From Desulfotalea psychrophila LSv54 (GTDB taxonomy: Bacteria > Desulfobacterota > Desulfobulbia > Desulfobulbales > Desulfocapsaceae): a stretch of 32,000 nt of DNA. The notes under the pieces were generated by a model, which was not told where the DNA came from, did not search any database, and saw nothing but the letters and a program-made list of their open reading frames with translations. The DNA lies in NCBI RefSeq assembly GCF_000025945.1, contig NC_006139.1, positions 30,001-62,000 of the forward strand, given 5' to 3'. The translations under genes were made by a program, and so were the position numbers. Shown in pieces: positions 1 to 9,341 of this stretch; the first letter of the stretch is position 1, and every line of letters begins with the position of its first letter.

Positions 1-1
1 C

Positions 2-739
2 ACAGATGAAAGATATTATAAATTATTTTCAATTCTTGGGTTGTCAGCTGTTTATTATCCGGTAATCACACAATTAGAAAACAGTGGGTTTCTTGGAATG
101 AATTTACCGTCTAAATCGATCACCGTAGTGGAAATGGTTGAAATTATAGATGTTCGTGTATTCAAGGTACGCGATTATGCTGGTAAAAAACGTGTTGCAG
201 AATTCGCATATAATTTAATTCATGAAAAATGGAAAATAGAGGACATCGAAGAACACTTATTATGGTTTAATTCTTTTGAAATCAGCAATGATAGATTCAA
301 GGATTATCTATCAGACTATGACTACTATAAGCAAACAGGATTATTAAGGTTACTATTCCTTGATTATTGCGAAAGGTTAAATAAAAAGCAGTATTCACTG
401 ATTGAGTTACAAAAAATAATGGGCAATGATCCAACCATTGAGCATATTTTATCCCAAACGCCCAAATTTAAGCCTCGAAGTTTCGGGTTTAAAAACGGTG
501 AAGATTTTGATGAATATAAAAATATGATCGGTAATTTATCTTTGCTTGAGAAAAAAATTAATAGTTCTATTAAAAATTCAGATTTATCAGACAAGGTAAA
601 TGGATATAGTAAGAGTAAATTCAAAATGACTCAACAATTAGCTACCCTATTATCTCAAACAAAATCGTTCAAAAAGAAAACCCTTAGAGAACGAAGTGTA
701 TTATTGGTTGAAGATTTTGCGACACGTTGGTGGGCATAA
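2..739 (+). CDS. C-terminal part of a DUF262/DUF1524 (GmrSD-like, HNH-type) restriction-related protein; the frame is open to the left edge, so it is partial
   Basis: The ORF is open from base 2. The protein carries the DUF1524-like block 'DPTIEHILSQTPK...NMIGNLSLLEKKINSSIKNS...KFKMTQQL'. Confidence 0.75.
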   Translation, partial: TDERYYKLFSILGLSAVYYPVITQLENSGFLGMNLPSKSITVVEMVEIIDVRVFKVRDYAGKKRVAEFAYNLIHEKWKIEDIEEHLLWFNSFEISNDRFKDYLSDYDYYKQTGLLRLLFLDYCERLNKKQYSLIELQKIMGNDPTIEHILSQTPKFKPRSFGFKNGEDFDEYKNMIGNLSLLEKKINSSIKNSDLSDKVNGYSKSKFKMTQQLATLLSQTKSFKKKTLRERSVLLVEDFATRWWA

Positions 740-742
740 ACT

Positions 743-869
743 ACATAACAAGTCAATACAGCGGAAAATCAGGGATTGGTCCTATCGAAATATCTTTGTT
801 AATTTCGAATATGTTATTTCAAGACTGTTCATCCTGCCCCCTGTTTTCCACTGATTTCAAACGTTGCCG
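743..869 (+). other. attC-like recombination site directly after the DUF1524 ORF
   Basis: It starts ACATAACAAG and ends ...ACGTTGCC. Inner arms CAGCGGAAAATCAGGG and CCCTGTTTTCCACTG are near-perfect inverted repeats. A second inner pair is TCGAAAT/ATTTCGA. Confidence 0.5.
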
Positions 870-1230
870 GGCCTTGTTGCATAAATCATGAGAGAAGGAA
901 ATCAGTTTCTCTCTGCTCCATTCCATATTAGCAAACAACCCCTCGAACAGACATCCCTCTTGTTCAAAGCCTTGATCGCAGCCCTACCTGCTTGAACACT
1001 CCCTGTACTTGGCTACGGTCACGCTGTCCCGATGGTGTCGTGCTGTACCAACTTTCAATCGCTTTCTTGTCCACCCAAAACGTCAACGCCGTTGTTTCAG
1101 CACTCTATTATATTCTGGCCAATTTTTGATCTTTCCCCTGCGCTCTCTCATAACTCTCCCAATGTTTTCTGTGTGTTACAAGAAAACATCATCGAGCAAT
1201 GCTAGCAACTTCTATTTGTGCAACAAGGCC
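870..1230 (-). mobile_element. Internally deleted, MITE-like remnant of the IS5-family (IS903-like) element found intact in outline at 21416-22450
   Basis: Both ends are kept: GGCCTTGTTGCATAAAT at the left and ATTTGTGCAACAAGGCC at the right. The reverse complement matches the first ~220 bp and the last ~130 bp of the 21416-22450 element; about 670 bp of interior is missing. Confidence 0.85.
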
Positions 1231-1265
1231 ACTGGATATCAATCAAAAACGAGTGATAACCGGAA

Positions 1266-1355
1266 ACTGGATATCACTACATGATCCAAATTCCTCACAC
1301 TCTCTCTCATAGATCAATTTATGCCCTTGTACAGAGGGGAGTATCACAAGGGGAT
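1266..1355 (+). repeat. Dispersed repeat, copy 1 (imperfect match to about 6692-6775)
   Basis: 'actggatatcactacatgatccaaattcctca...catagatcaatttatgccc...ttgtacagaggggag' aligns with 'actgggtattactacatgatccaaattcctcg...cataaatcaatttacggctcttgttgtacagaggagag'. Confidence 0.7.
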
Positions 1356-1424
1356 CGTGATGCTAATCTGTTGTTCATCCACTTCGCAGATAAGTTTTAT
1401 GTCTGCAACGATTTGTTATGCGTA

Positions 1425-1532
1425 TTACGCACCGGACACCTGAAGCCTGGCAATCTTCGCCCGTAGATTCTTTGCCAGTTCCTTTTTGCCCGTACCATAG
1501 TGCAGTTCGCGGTGACAATTGGGGCAAAGTGC
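1425..1532 (-). pseudogene. C-terminal scrap of an HNH endonuclease
   Basis: The minus-strand frame reads ...ALCPNCHRELHYGTGKKELAKNLRAKIARLQVSGA*. CPNCHRELHYG is the typical HNH C-terminal block. Confidence 0.55.
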
Positions 1533-1534
1533 TC

Positions 1535-1738
1535 ACGTATGGTCTTGCCACCAACAGTAATACCTTCTAGAGCAACTTTAGTCTCTTTTAAGGTCAGGGT
1601 ATTTCCTTCAATGGCGTTGGAGTTGTAGGTCCAGCGCAGAACAAGATCTTCGTGCAGGTTCGAGACTACCTCGGCAGGCAGAGGGCGATAGGAATCGAGG
1701 GTTTTTTTTTAATAATCCAGTTGTGTATAGTCGCTCAT
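1535..1738 (-). pseudogene. N-terminal fragment of a Fic-family protein
   Basis: The minus-strand frame reads MSDYTQLDY*KKTLDSYRPLPAEVVSNLHEDLVLRWTYNSNAIEGNTLTLKETKVALEGITVGGKTIREH. SNAIEGNTLTL...ITVGGKTIREH is the classic pre-FIC motif; there is an in-frame stop at a poly-A run. Confidence 0.65.
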
Positions 1739-2285
1739 TGTTTTCTTTGACGTTAAATTATGGCAGTTTTACTGCCTTTACGGCGTTTTAAGTAGATTGC
1801 ATGGTAACAGCAAGCTTGTCTCCCTGGCAATGTTTTTTGAATACAGGCGAGACTTGTTTGTTGCGGGGAGGGTCACTACATAATGGAGGGTAGAATTAGT
1901 ACGAGATTGGCCCCACAAGGTTTTAATTGTCGTTAACTCTCTCTGTATATGTTTTTTAGTGAAAATCTTATTGCGTTCGCTTGAGCTCCGCATTGTCAGT
2001 AAGTCTCATGCTATCCTCCTAGTTCATGCACTTTAAAATTACGTACCAGCCATCACAAGCTGGCTTGCCATCCATATGGGGATCTGATCTGGGCAGTGAC
2101 TCTATCAGCAATAGGATCGGTCAAAAAAATAAGATGCCTTTTTGTACTTGAAATCGTTAGGATTTGTTGATAGTATTGAAGGTATGTTAGGTTTTGCGTA
2201 GGAGGAACGGGTTGACGAAAACACGAAATAACAGTATCTTCCTTGACCTCTGCTTTTTTTTAGCATTCAATATAGAAAGGTTGTT

Positions 2286-3351
2286 ATGTCTTTTAGAGAT
2301 CAAAATATAACGATAGGGCAGATTGAAGATCACCTTCAATTATTGTCTAAAAAAGGTCAGACAAACAAATGTGTCAATAAGGGGCGAAACGTCCATTGCT
2401 CTTTTTTGGACGAGAATGGTTACGAAAAGTGCTTGTTGATTTTTTATCCTAAGAAATTTGGCATAACTACAATTCAATTTTCTTGTGGAAAGAACAAAGA
2501 ATTATCTTGTGAAAAAGCAAAACAAATTATAAATAATTTTGACGTATCTTCTGCTAAATCTGTGAATTGCACTTTTAAAGGTCTTTTAGAAGAAGAATTT
2601 GGTATTTTTGAAGAATATGTAATAGAAGAATTACCAGATATATCTTCAAAAATACAAAAAGATGACAAAACAAAAAAAACAATATCTTACTCAGGAAAAT
2701 ACTCAGATACTGTCACCGTAACATTTTATAAAACAACGGGGACAACTCTTTTACAAGGTCGTCCTTTGCCTGCTTTTTTTGAAATAAAAGCACTGTTTGC
2801 AGGTATAGTGGAAAGTGAACAGCTGATTAGTAGTGATAAAGAAAATTTTAGTATTAAGGTTCCTGAAACAGGCTTTTTACCAAAATTAGAAGGGTACATG
2901 CCCAATGCATTTAGCTTTCTTGATGCAAAAATAAAAGATATTATCGTTCCCTCTTTATTTTTTGGGGAGATTGATTGTTGATCTTCCTGATTATACTTCA
3001 TGGGTTTTCCCCGCCCTTAGAGGACTAGAAGGTTACATGAAGCAGTTATTGTTTAAATATTATCAAGATGATTTTTGTGCTAAAAGAATTGGGAAAATTT
3101 TCGAGACAAAAGATGGTGGCAGTACTTATTCTTTAAATTATGGTATTTCTGCAGGCATTGGTCGTAAAGAAGTTATTGTTGCCTTGGAGGAATCGTATAA
3201 ATTTTGGAACGTTTACAGACACCCGTATTTTCATGTTGATGATGTAATACGCACATCAACGATTATTCCTACTAAAGAAGAAGCTATTTCTCTAAATGTA
3301 GAAATATTTGCGCTAATTGAAAGGACATACTCAGAAATAATAAGATGCTAA
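2286..3351 (+). CDS. rnlA: RnlA-like toxin (RNase LS family), interrupted by a frameshift near 2955-2970
   Basis: ORFs 2286-2981 and 2962-3351 join to one ~355-aa protein. The C-terminal part 'DLPDYTSWVFPALRGLEGYMKQLLFKYY...FWNVYRHPYFHVDDV' resembles E. coli RnlA 'DLPDYCMLLYPELRTIEGVLKSKM...FFNVERHSLFHMETV'. Confidence 0.75.
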
Positions 3352-3716
3352 TCTCTAATTACAAAATATATCATCAAGAACGCTTGAATAGTGTTGTTGT
3401 GTATTCAACGAGTAGCTATAGCCCTATGAATTCACTTGGTGCCCTTGAACGGGAGCTAGGTCAATTGGGGGCTCGCTGCGAAGTTGTGTTTGATTTATTG
3501 TTGTCTAATGGGAATGCGAAGGACAGATTTTATCGTATTGATTTTATGGGCAAGAGGTTTGATAGAAAATCTTTAGAAATACTAGAAAATCCTTCCCGAG
3601 AGCTTCAAAAAAAAGCGTTAGATTTTTATTCAACTAATCATGAGTTATTAGATAATTCTATTCTTTCGAAACCGTTAAAATTTTTAGTGAAAAAGAAAGC
3701 TCTTCGTATGAGGTAA
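3345..3716 (+). CDS. rnlB: RnlB-like antitoxin
   Basis: 123 aa, overlapping the rnlA stop. The block 'NSLGALERELGQLGARCEVVFDLLLSNGNAKDRFYRIDF...LEILENPS' resembles RnlB, and the order is rnlA-rnlB. Confidence 0.75.
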   Translation: MLISNYKIYHQERLNSVVVYSTSSYSPMNSLGALERELGQLGARCEVVFDLLLSNGNAKDRFYRIDFMGKRFDRKSLEILENPSRELQKKALDFYSTNHELLDNSILSKPLKFLVKKKALRMR

Positions 3717-3720
3717 TGTA

Positions 3721-4260
3721 TTAAATATTGTTTGAAACGTGCTCATATATCGCTAAACGCCAATCGATTAAATATGGCAAGCACTTAGTTAATAACAACG
3801 AGTCTTCGTTACATAAATCTGCTAGTAGATCAAATAAAGGATAACTTGCAGATTCTCTTCCGTGAAGCAATTTGTCAACAGTGTTCTGTGAGCGAGAACC
3901 TAGCTCAGAAAGCCAGATGTGCCACTCTGGAGAATGTTTCCAATAATTAGCTGCAGAATGAATAAGCTGTGCAACAGCGACACCATTTGAACTTTTTGGG
4001 CCTAATTCCCTCGCTAAACCTGCATCAAGTTTAATATCCATTAGAGTGTCAAATAAATATCTCTGCATAGCACAGAATCCTACACCTATAAAATATTCGC
4101 CTTTATCACACAAACACTCAACATCCTGAATGCCTGCTGAGTTTATTTTATTGGTTACGCTCAGGAGTGAAGTATCAATAGAGTTAAGTAGCTCTTCTAG
4201 ATATGACATTTCAGCATCGGCAAACTCTATATTTTCTCCATTCCTAAATACGACAAACAT
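3721..4260 (-). CDS. Hypothetical protein, cassette-like gene (the track ORF extends to 4365 through the attC-like site; likely ATG is at 4260)
   Basis: Long ORF starting MFVVFRNGENIEFADAEMSYLEELL. The start is placed after the attC-like site. Confidence 0.6.
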   Translation of the reverse strand: MFVVFRNGENIEFADAEMSYLEELLNSIDTSLLSVTNKINSAGIQDVECLCDKGEYFIGVGFCAMQRYLFDTLMDIKLDAGLARELGPKSSNGVAVAQLIHSAANYWKHSPEWHIWLSELGSRSQNTVDKLLHGRESASYPLFDLLADLCNEDSLLLTKCLPYLIDWRLAIYEHVSNNI

Positions 4261-4275
4261 GGACAGCCTCTTAAT

Positions 4276-4394
4276 GCATAAAGGTTTATGATAACCGGCA
4301 GCGACTTGAAGTTTTTGGACAACACCGCAATTTATATTTTGTTTTTCAATTTTGCACAGACGCATTTTCCGTCCGGTTGATTAGTTTGTTAGCT
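4276..4394 (-). other. attC-like site (minus orientation)
   Basis: The minus strand reads AGCTAACAAACTAATCAACCGGACGG...CGCTGCCGGTTATCATAAACCTTTATGC, with the CAACCGG/CCGGTTA inner pair. It starts at the stop codon of the upstream gene. Confidence 0.6.
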
Positions 4395-5288
4395 GCGCTT
4401 TTTATGAAGGACAGAAAAAGCCTCTTTGTTTATTTTCCTATTGCCGAGTAAAGTGACTAATGCAGTAAAATTGAAACCTACAATAGGGGAAAGAAGTTGT
4501 CCCCTAAGCCCCCCTATCACTCCACTGATGTAGCTTTGATTGTTCTCATAGGCAGTATTAAATTCTAGACACTCAGCAACGTTTACTGATGCTACAAATT
4601 CTTGCAGTAGGTTTGGGGTGTTAGGGTCGATATAGGGTACAAATACCCACATTTTATCTGTAGTGCTGTTAAAAGATTCAATTGCTAGTTGTAGACTTTT
4701 GCTTGCTCCCCATTCACCCATGAGGAATGCAAAATGCTTACTTGCAATTCGGTGAGAACTGATTGTTAAAGCACTGAGCCTGTCTTGGGTTTTTATGAAT
4801 TTCGGGAGGCCACCCATGATGTATTGAACTTTAAAAATAGTATCCTGGGTGGCCCCTTTTTTCTGTATTTCATTTATTGCTGTAATGATCGACGTAATAA
4901 AGATATTTGCATCTGTAAGTAGGGTGCCTGACTCTGAAAAAAACTCTTCGATTTCTGATGCAATGTTGAATTTCGCCTGAGCTTTCATTTGTTGCTTCCA
5001 GTTTGCAGTAGCAGTGTGGAAGGCAATTAAAAAGCCTGTAATCGTTAAAAGTGAAGAGGATACGGCAATTTTATATTCAGCAGGTAAAGCTATGGTCCAG
5101 TTTAGTAATTCTGAAGTTGTAAGCGGCTTGATTGTTGAAAAATAGTCAAGCGCCATATATGCAGTTACGAACGTAATGAAAATACCAAGAAGTGTTGAAA
5201 ATAGGAATTTCCAAATAAATCCAGCAATAGTAATTGCATACAGAATTTTGGTCGATAACCATGGTGGCATTTTGATAAATCTTTGCAA
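4389..5288 (-). CDS. Hypothetical membrane protein, cassette-like
   Basis: 299-aa ORF with hydrophobic N-terminal segments; its TAA lies within the attC-like left core. Confidence 0.65.
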   Translation of the reverse strand: MQRFIKMPPWLSTKILYAITIAGFIWKFLFSTLLGIFITFVTAYMALDYFSTIKPLTTSELLNWTIALPAEYKIAVSSSLLTITGFLIAFHTATANWKQQMKAQAKFNIASEIEEFFSESGTLLTDANIFITSIITAINEIQKKGATQDTIFKVQYIMGGLPKFIKTQDRLSALTISSHRIASKHFAFLMGEWGASKSLQLAIESFNSTTDKMWVFVPYIDPNTPNLLQEFVASVNVAECLEFNTAYENNQSYISGVIGGLRGQLLSPIVGFNFTALVTLLGNRKINKEAFSVLHKKRS

Positions 5289-5309
5289 TTTAAAGCTCCA
5301 TATTTTTGC

Positions 5310-5439
5310 AGTTAACGTCGCAAATAACCGACTGGCGGGAATGGCCGAAACCGATTAAAAAGTTAATAATGTTTGTAAAACCAGGGTGTTTCAAAAAGCG
5401 CCGCTGTAAGCCAGTCCGAGTTGATTTGCCTTGTTAGCG
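5310..5439 (-). other. attC-like site (minus orientation)
   Basis: The minus strand reads CGCTAACAAGGCAAATCAACTCGGACTGG...CCAGTCGGTTATTTGCGACGTTAACTG. CGGACTGG pairs with CCAGTCGG, and outer AAC/GTT cores are present. Confidence 0.7.
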
Positions 5440-5733
5440 GTTCCGCAAATGAGTCCAAAAAATTCGAAATGGTGATAGCGACCAAGTATAAATAGAAGAC
5501 GCAATTAGCGAATATAGGGGAATGCTGATTAGAACTATTACACAGTAACTTACCAAGTACGCATACCAACCTGAATTTTTCCACCAAAAATCAGGATTTT
5601 TCGTACTGGCTGGCATCCAACCTTCACCAAGAGAAATTACTATTGATATATGGATTGAATATAATAGTATTAAAAACAACAAAAATGAGACTATACAAAG
5701 AGCCAACTTGAATGATTTTGCAAAAATGGACAT
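5434..5733 (-). CDS. Small hypothetical membrane protein (99 aa), cassette-like
   Basis: ORF with two predicted hydrophobic stretches, ending at the attC-like site. Confidence 0.6.
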   Translation of the reverse strand: MSIFAKSFKLALCIVSFLLFLILLYSIHISIVISLGEGWMPASTKNPDFWWKNSGWYAYLVSYCVIVLISIPLYSLIASSIYTWSLSPFRIFWTHLRNR

Positions 5734-5870
5734 GGTAGCTTACGAAACACTTTGATCAGTTTCCTTATAAAGGCTCCAACTTACAACCCCTGTAACACCA
5801 AATATGGTCATAATTCCCAAGATGATTGATATTACATTAGCAAAGTTATCCATATAATTTTCCTAAGAGC

Positions 5871-5985
5871 GCTAACGGTCGTGATAAGTGGCGGCGACGC
5901 GAAGCTGCGTGACACACCGCAATTTGGTTTTGCTTTTCAATTTAAAGCAGATGTATTTACCGTCCGGTTGATTGCGTTGTTAGGC
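5871..5985 (-). other. attC-like site (minus orientation)
   Basis: The minus strand reads GCCTAACAACGCAATCAACCGGACGG...CGCCGCCACTTATCACGACCGTTAGC. It shares 'AATCAACCGGACGG' and the 'AATTG...AAATTGCGGTGT' core with the 4276-4394 site. Confidence 0.7.
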
Positions 5986-6579
5986 GTTTTCTTTTTCTTC
6001 TGGTAATGGAACGTCAGTTTCAAGGCCAGAAATTGTTGGTAGTTTTACACATTCAACAAGAGTTACCCCGGCATTTGTTATTTCTTTCCAGTTTTGTTTT
6101 GTTAGCGTAGCGTCTTTTGACTCACTTATTGCTCGATGGTTTCCTGCGCTCATATATGCGGTGCAAAATGCATTTCTTGCCTCTGGTTCTAAATAAAGAC
6201 AGTTGTTACCCCACCATTCTTGACATTCCATAACTACCGCATCAATTTTCTCTTTATTCCAAACATGCAGAATAAGATTTCGCCATAGTGCATAGGCTTC
6301 TTGGTGGGCTTTCAATCTTTTTTCCAGCGCGGCCATTCTTAGTTGCTGCCGCCAACCAGCTTGTTCAAGAATGGCTTTATTTTGGTGTGAAATTTCTTCT
6401 AATTTTTGAAGATACTGAGTACGAACATTTTCAACTTGATGAGTAATTTCTCCAATATCTTCTTTGGTAGCTAAATTTTTTCCTTTTTCCGAAGAATATG
6501 ATTTCAAAAAAAACACGAAGATGATCCCAAGAATTCCAAGAAGCTCAAATATATGAAAAACAATTTCACCTTGTGTCAT
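5980..6579 (-). CDS. Hypothetical protein with N-terminal TM and coiled coil, cassette-like
   Basis: 199-aa ORF MTQGEIVFHIFELLGILGIIFVFF...; its TAA is embedded in the GCCTAAC core. Confidence 0.65.
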   Translation of the reverse strand: MTQGEIVFHIFELLGILGIIFVFFLKSYSSEKGKNLATKEDIGEITHQVENVRTQYLQKLEEISHQNKAILEQAGWRQQLRMAALEKRLKAHQEAYALWRNLILHVWNKEKIDAVVMECQEWWGNNCLYLEPEARNAFCTAYMSAGNHRAISESKDATLTKQNWKEITNAGVTLVECVKLPTISGLETDVPLPEEKENA

Positions 6580-6602
6580 TGTTGTACCTTTTTAAATTTG
6601 GA

Positions 6603-6640
6603 TGCCTAATAAGTTATTATCCGGTTTCCTGATGTCATTC
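6603..6640 (-). other. Partial or degenerate attC 3' half
   Basis: The minus strand reads GGAAACCGGATAATAACTTATTAGGC immediately upstream of the 5980-6579 cassette gene. Confidence 0.4.
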
Positions 6641-6691
6641 CAGGTAAACACAATTTGAAAACAATTTTTTTATCCATGGTACAGGTTTTTA

Positions 6692-6775
6692 ACTGGGTAT
6701 TACTACATGATCCAAATTCCTCGAATCTTCATAAATCAATTTACGGCTCTTGTTGTACAGAGAGGAGCGCCATAT
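6692..6775 (+). repeat. Dispersed repeat, copy 2 (see 1266-1355)
   Basis: Shares 'actacatgatccaaattcctc' exactly, then about 50 bp of diverged matching sequence. Confidence 0.7.
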
Positions 6776-7559
6776 GAGAATCACTCGATACAATCCTCTA
6801 TCATCCACAACACTAAAGCACCAGTAAGAGCATAAGGCAAGAAGAATTTATCATGAAATATCAGCACCTTCTTCGCTCCGTTTCGGAACGGCCAGTGAAA
6901 CAGGTCGGGATGCAGGGCATGGGCTTGCAGGACAACATTCAGCACTTGAAAGAGGGCATTTTTAACAGGTTTTTTATGTCCAGGGATGGACGGTATGGCG
7001 CGGTGACAGGGATGCCAGGGAGCGGCTATGCCCATGACAGTGCGCAACCCAATATGGTGAAATGGTTGCGGCCGGGAGGGTGGCAACTGTCAATGGACAC
7101 GAATGAATCCTTGAGACTCTTTTTTTCTCCCTTTTCTTGATATGAACCAGGAAAAATGCGAGCATTAAACATTGGTATGGAGTGCAAACGTCTCTGCCAT
7201 ACAGATATGCAATATAAAGGCAGTGTTAAGCACGACCCGATTCATCATAAAGCCGGCTGCAACTTCAGGGCTTAACACAACCTTTTCACAATTTCCGACC
7301 TATAGCCAGAGGCTTATTTGAGAGGTCTGAGCTTCTGATATGGTGCATTTTCAAGACATTACGCAGCCAGGCTAACCGCCAGCACCTGCGTTTGTATAAT
7401 TGCCAGAGGAGCCAGAGCCGAACGGCTTGCCATCTTATCTGCATCGTAACCGAAATGAATAGCAATTGTTTCGGCGGCTGTCGAAAATGCTAAAAACCCA
7501 GATGAACTGAAAAGAAGCTGGCAACTATTGATTGATTCCAGTGATACCGGCAGACAGAG

Positions 7560-9341
7560 GTGAAGATGAAAGATGATTCCGGGCCTTGCAAAGCGATCAC
7601 AAAGGCTGCCAATTCCTGGGCAGTGCAACCGAACCTCTTGGACTATGGCAAAACCTGTGACCAGTTTTCATGGGCAACAGCCCGTCGGGAATTGGACGGA
7701 CTGCCGGAAAACAAGGGTTTGAACATCGCCCATGAGGCTGTAGACCGTCATGCCAATGGCCCGCGGGGTGACCGCCTGGCCATACGCTGGCTGGGCAAGG
7801 ACGGCGGCGTTCGTGACTTCAGCTACTCAGACCTGAAGAGACAGAGCAACCGTTTTGCCAACGTGCTCAGGAAACTGGATATCGGCAGAGGAGAGCGGGT
7901 GTTCACCCTGGCAGGGCGGGTGCCCGAGCTATATTTCTCTGCCTTTGGCACCTGGAAGAACGGCAGCGTCTTCTGTCCACTGTTTTCCGCTTTTGGCTCG
8001 GAGCCAATCTATCAACGCCTGAGCAAGGGCGATGCCAAGGTCTTGGTAACCACCGAGCGGCTCTATAAACAGAAAGTCGCCGCTCTGCGCGAGCGACTGC
8101 CGCAGCTAAAACATATCCTGCTCATCGATGCGGCGCAAGATATCGGTGAAGGCCTCTGGTCGCTACCCAGACGTATGGAAGAGGCTGCGGACGCGTTTAT
8201 CATTCCACCGACTGACCCGGAGGATATGGCGATTGTCCATTTTACCAGTGGTACCACGGGGATGCCGAAGGGTGCTGTTCATGTACACAATGCGGTGCTT
8301 ACCCACTACCTGACCGGTAAGTACGTACTCGATTTTCACCCCGGAGATGTTTTCTGGTGCACCGCCGACCCGGGCTGGGTCTCCGGCACCTCCTACGGCA
8401 TTATCGCCCCTCTCGTTCACGGCGTAACCAACATCATCGACGAAGCAGAGTTCGATGCCAAGCGCTGGTACCAGCTGCTGGAGGAGCAGCAGGTAAATAT
8501 CTGGTACACAGCCCCCACAGCCATTCGGCGACTGATGCGCCTGGCCATCGATCCCACCAAACAATATGACCTGAGCCACCTGCGCTGCATCCATAGCGTC
8601 GGTGAACCGCTCAACCCCGAAGCCGTATCCTGGGGGCAGCAAAGTCTGGGCCTGCCGATCCATGACAACTGGTGGCAGACCGAAACAGGCGGCATTATGA
8701 TCGCCAATTACCCAGCCGTAGACATCCGCCCTGGTTCTATGGGCTTACCGCTGCCGGGGATCGAGGCGGCGATCGTGCGGCGCGGCACCGGGGAAAGGGT
8801 CGAAGCAGTTACCGAACCGGGCACCCAGGGCGAACTGGCGTTGCGGCCCGGCTGGCCCTCCATGTTCCGTGCTTATCTTCATGAGGAGCAGCGCTACCGC
8901 AAATGCTTTGTCGGCGGCTGGTACATAACCGGTGATCTGGCTTATCGCGATGCGGACGGCTACTTCTGGTTTGTCGGCCGTGCCGATGACATTATCAACA
9001 CCTCGGGCCATATGGTGGGACCGTTCGAAGTCGAAAGCGCGCTGATGGAGCATCCGGCGGTGACTGAAGCAGGCGTCATCGGCAAGCCCGAAGCATTGAT
9101 TGGTGAGTTGGTCAAGGCCTTCGTCACCCTCAAGCCGGGCACAAAACCCAGCGAAGAGCTGCGTCTGGAACTCATCGGCTTCGCGCGCAAGAAGCTTGGC
9201 TCGGCGGTGGCTCCGAAAGAGATTGAATTCCGTAACAATCTGCCCAAGACCCGCAGCGGCAAGATCATGCGGCGGCTGCTCAAGGCGCGTGAGCTGGGGC
9301 TCGCCGAGGGCGACACATCGACACTGGAGGTAGACGAATGA
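7560..9341 (+). CDS. acsA: AMP-forming acyl-CoA synthetase (AcsA-like, acetate/short-chain acyl-CoA ligase)
   Basis: ANL superfamily motifs [73 protein letters not shown], and [12 protein letters not shown]. Confidence 0.93.
   Translation: MKMKDDSGPCKAITKAANSWAVQPNLLDYGKTCDQFSWATARRELDGLPENKGLNIAHEAVDRHANGPRGDRLAIRWLGKDGGVRDFSYSDLKRQSNRFANVLRKLDIGRGERVFTLAGRVPELYFSAFGTWKNGSVFCPLFSAFGSEPIYQRLSKGDAKVLVTTERLYKQKVAALRERLPQLKHILLIDAAQDIGEGLWSLPRRMEEAADAFIIPPTDPEDMAIVHFTSGTTGMPKGAVHVHNAVLTHYLTGKYVLDFHPGDVFWCTADPGWVSGTSYGIIAPLVHGVTNIIDEAEFDAKRWYQLLEEQQVNIWYTAPTAIRRLMRLAIDPTKQYDLSHLRCIHSVGEPLNPEAVSWGQQSLGLPIHDNWWQTETGGIMIANYPAVDIRPGSMGLPLPGIEAAIVRRGTGERVEAVTEPGTQGELALRPGWPSMFRAYLHEEQRYRKCFVGGWYITGDLAYRDADGYFWFVGRADDIINTSGHMVGPFEVESALMEHPAVTEAGVIGKPEALIGELVKAFVTLKPGTKPSEELRLELIGFARKKLGSAVAPKEIEFRNNLPKTRSGKIMRRLLKARELGLAEGDTSTLEVDE

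Noticed and set aside
1009-1284. 91-aa plus ORF sharing sequence with the 21341..21583 minus ORF
   Set aside because: The similarity is just the antisense of the IS5-family element termini, not a shared protein.
6781-7165. Overlapping ORFs of 101, 95 and 63 aa on both strands
   Set aside because: No motif, heavy mutual overlap and no convincing start context; cannot be supported as genes.
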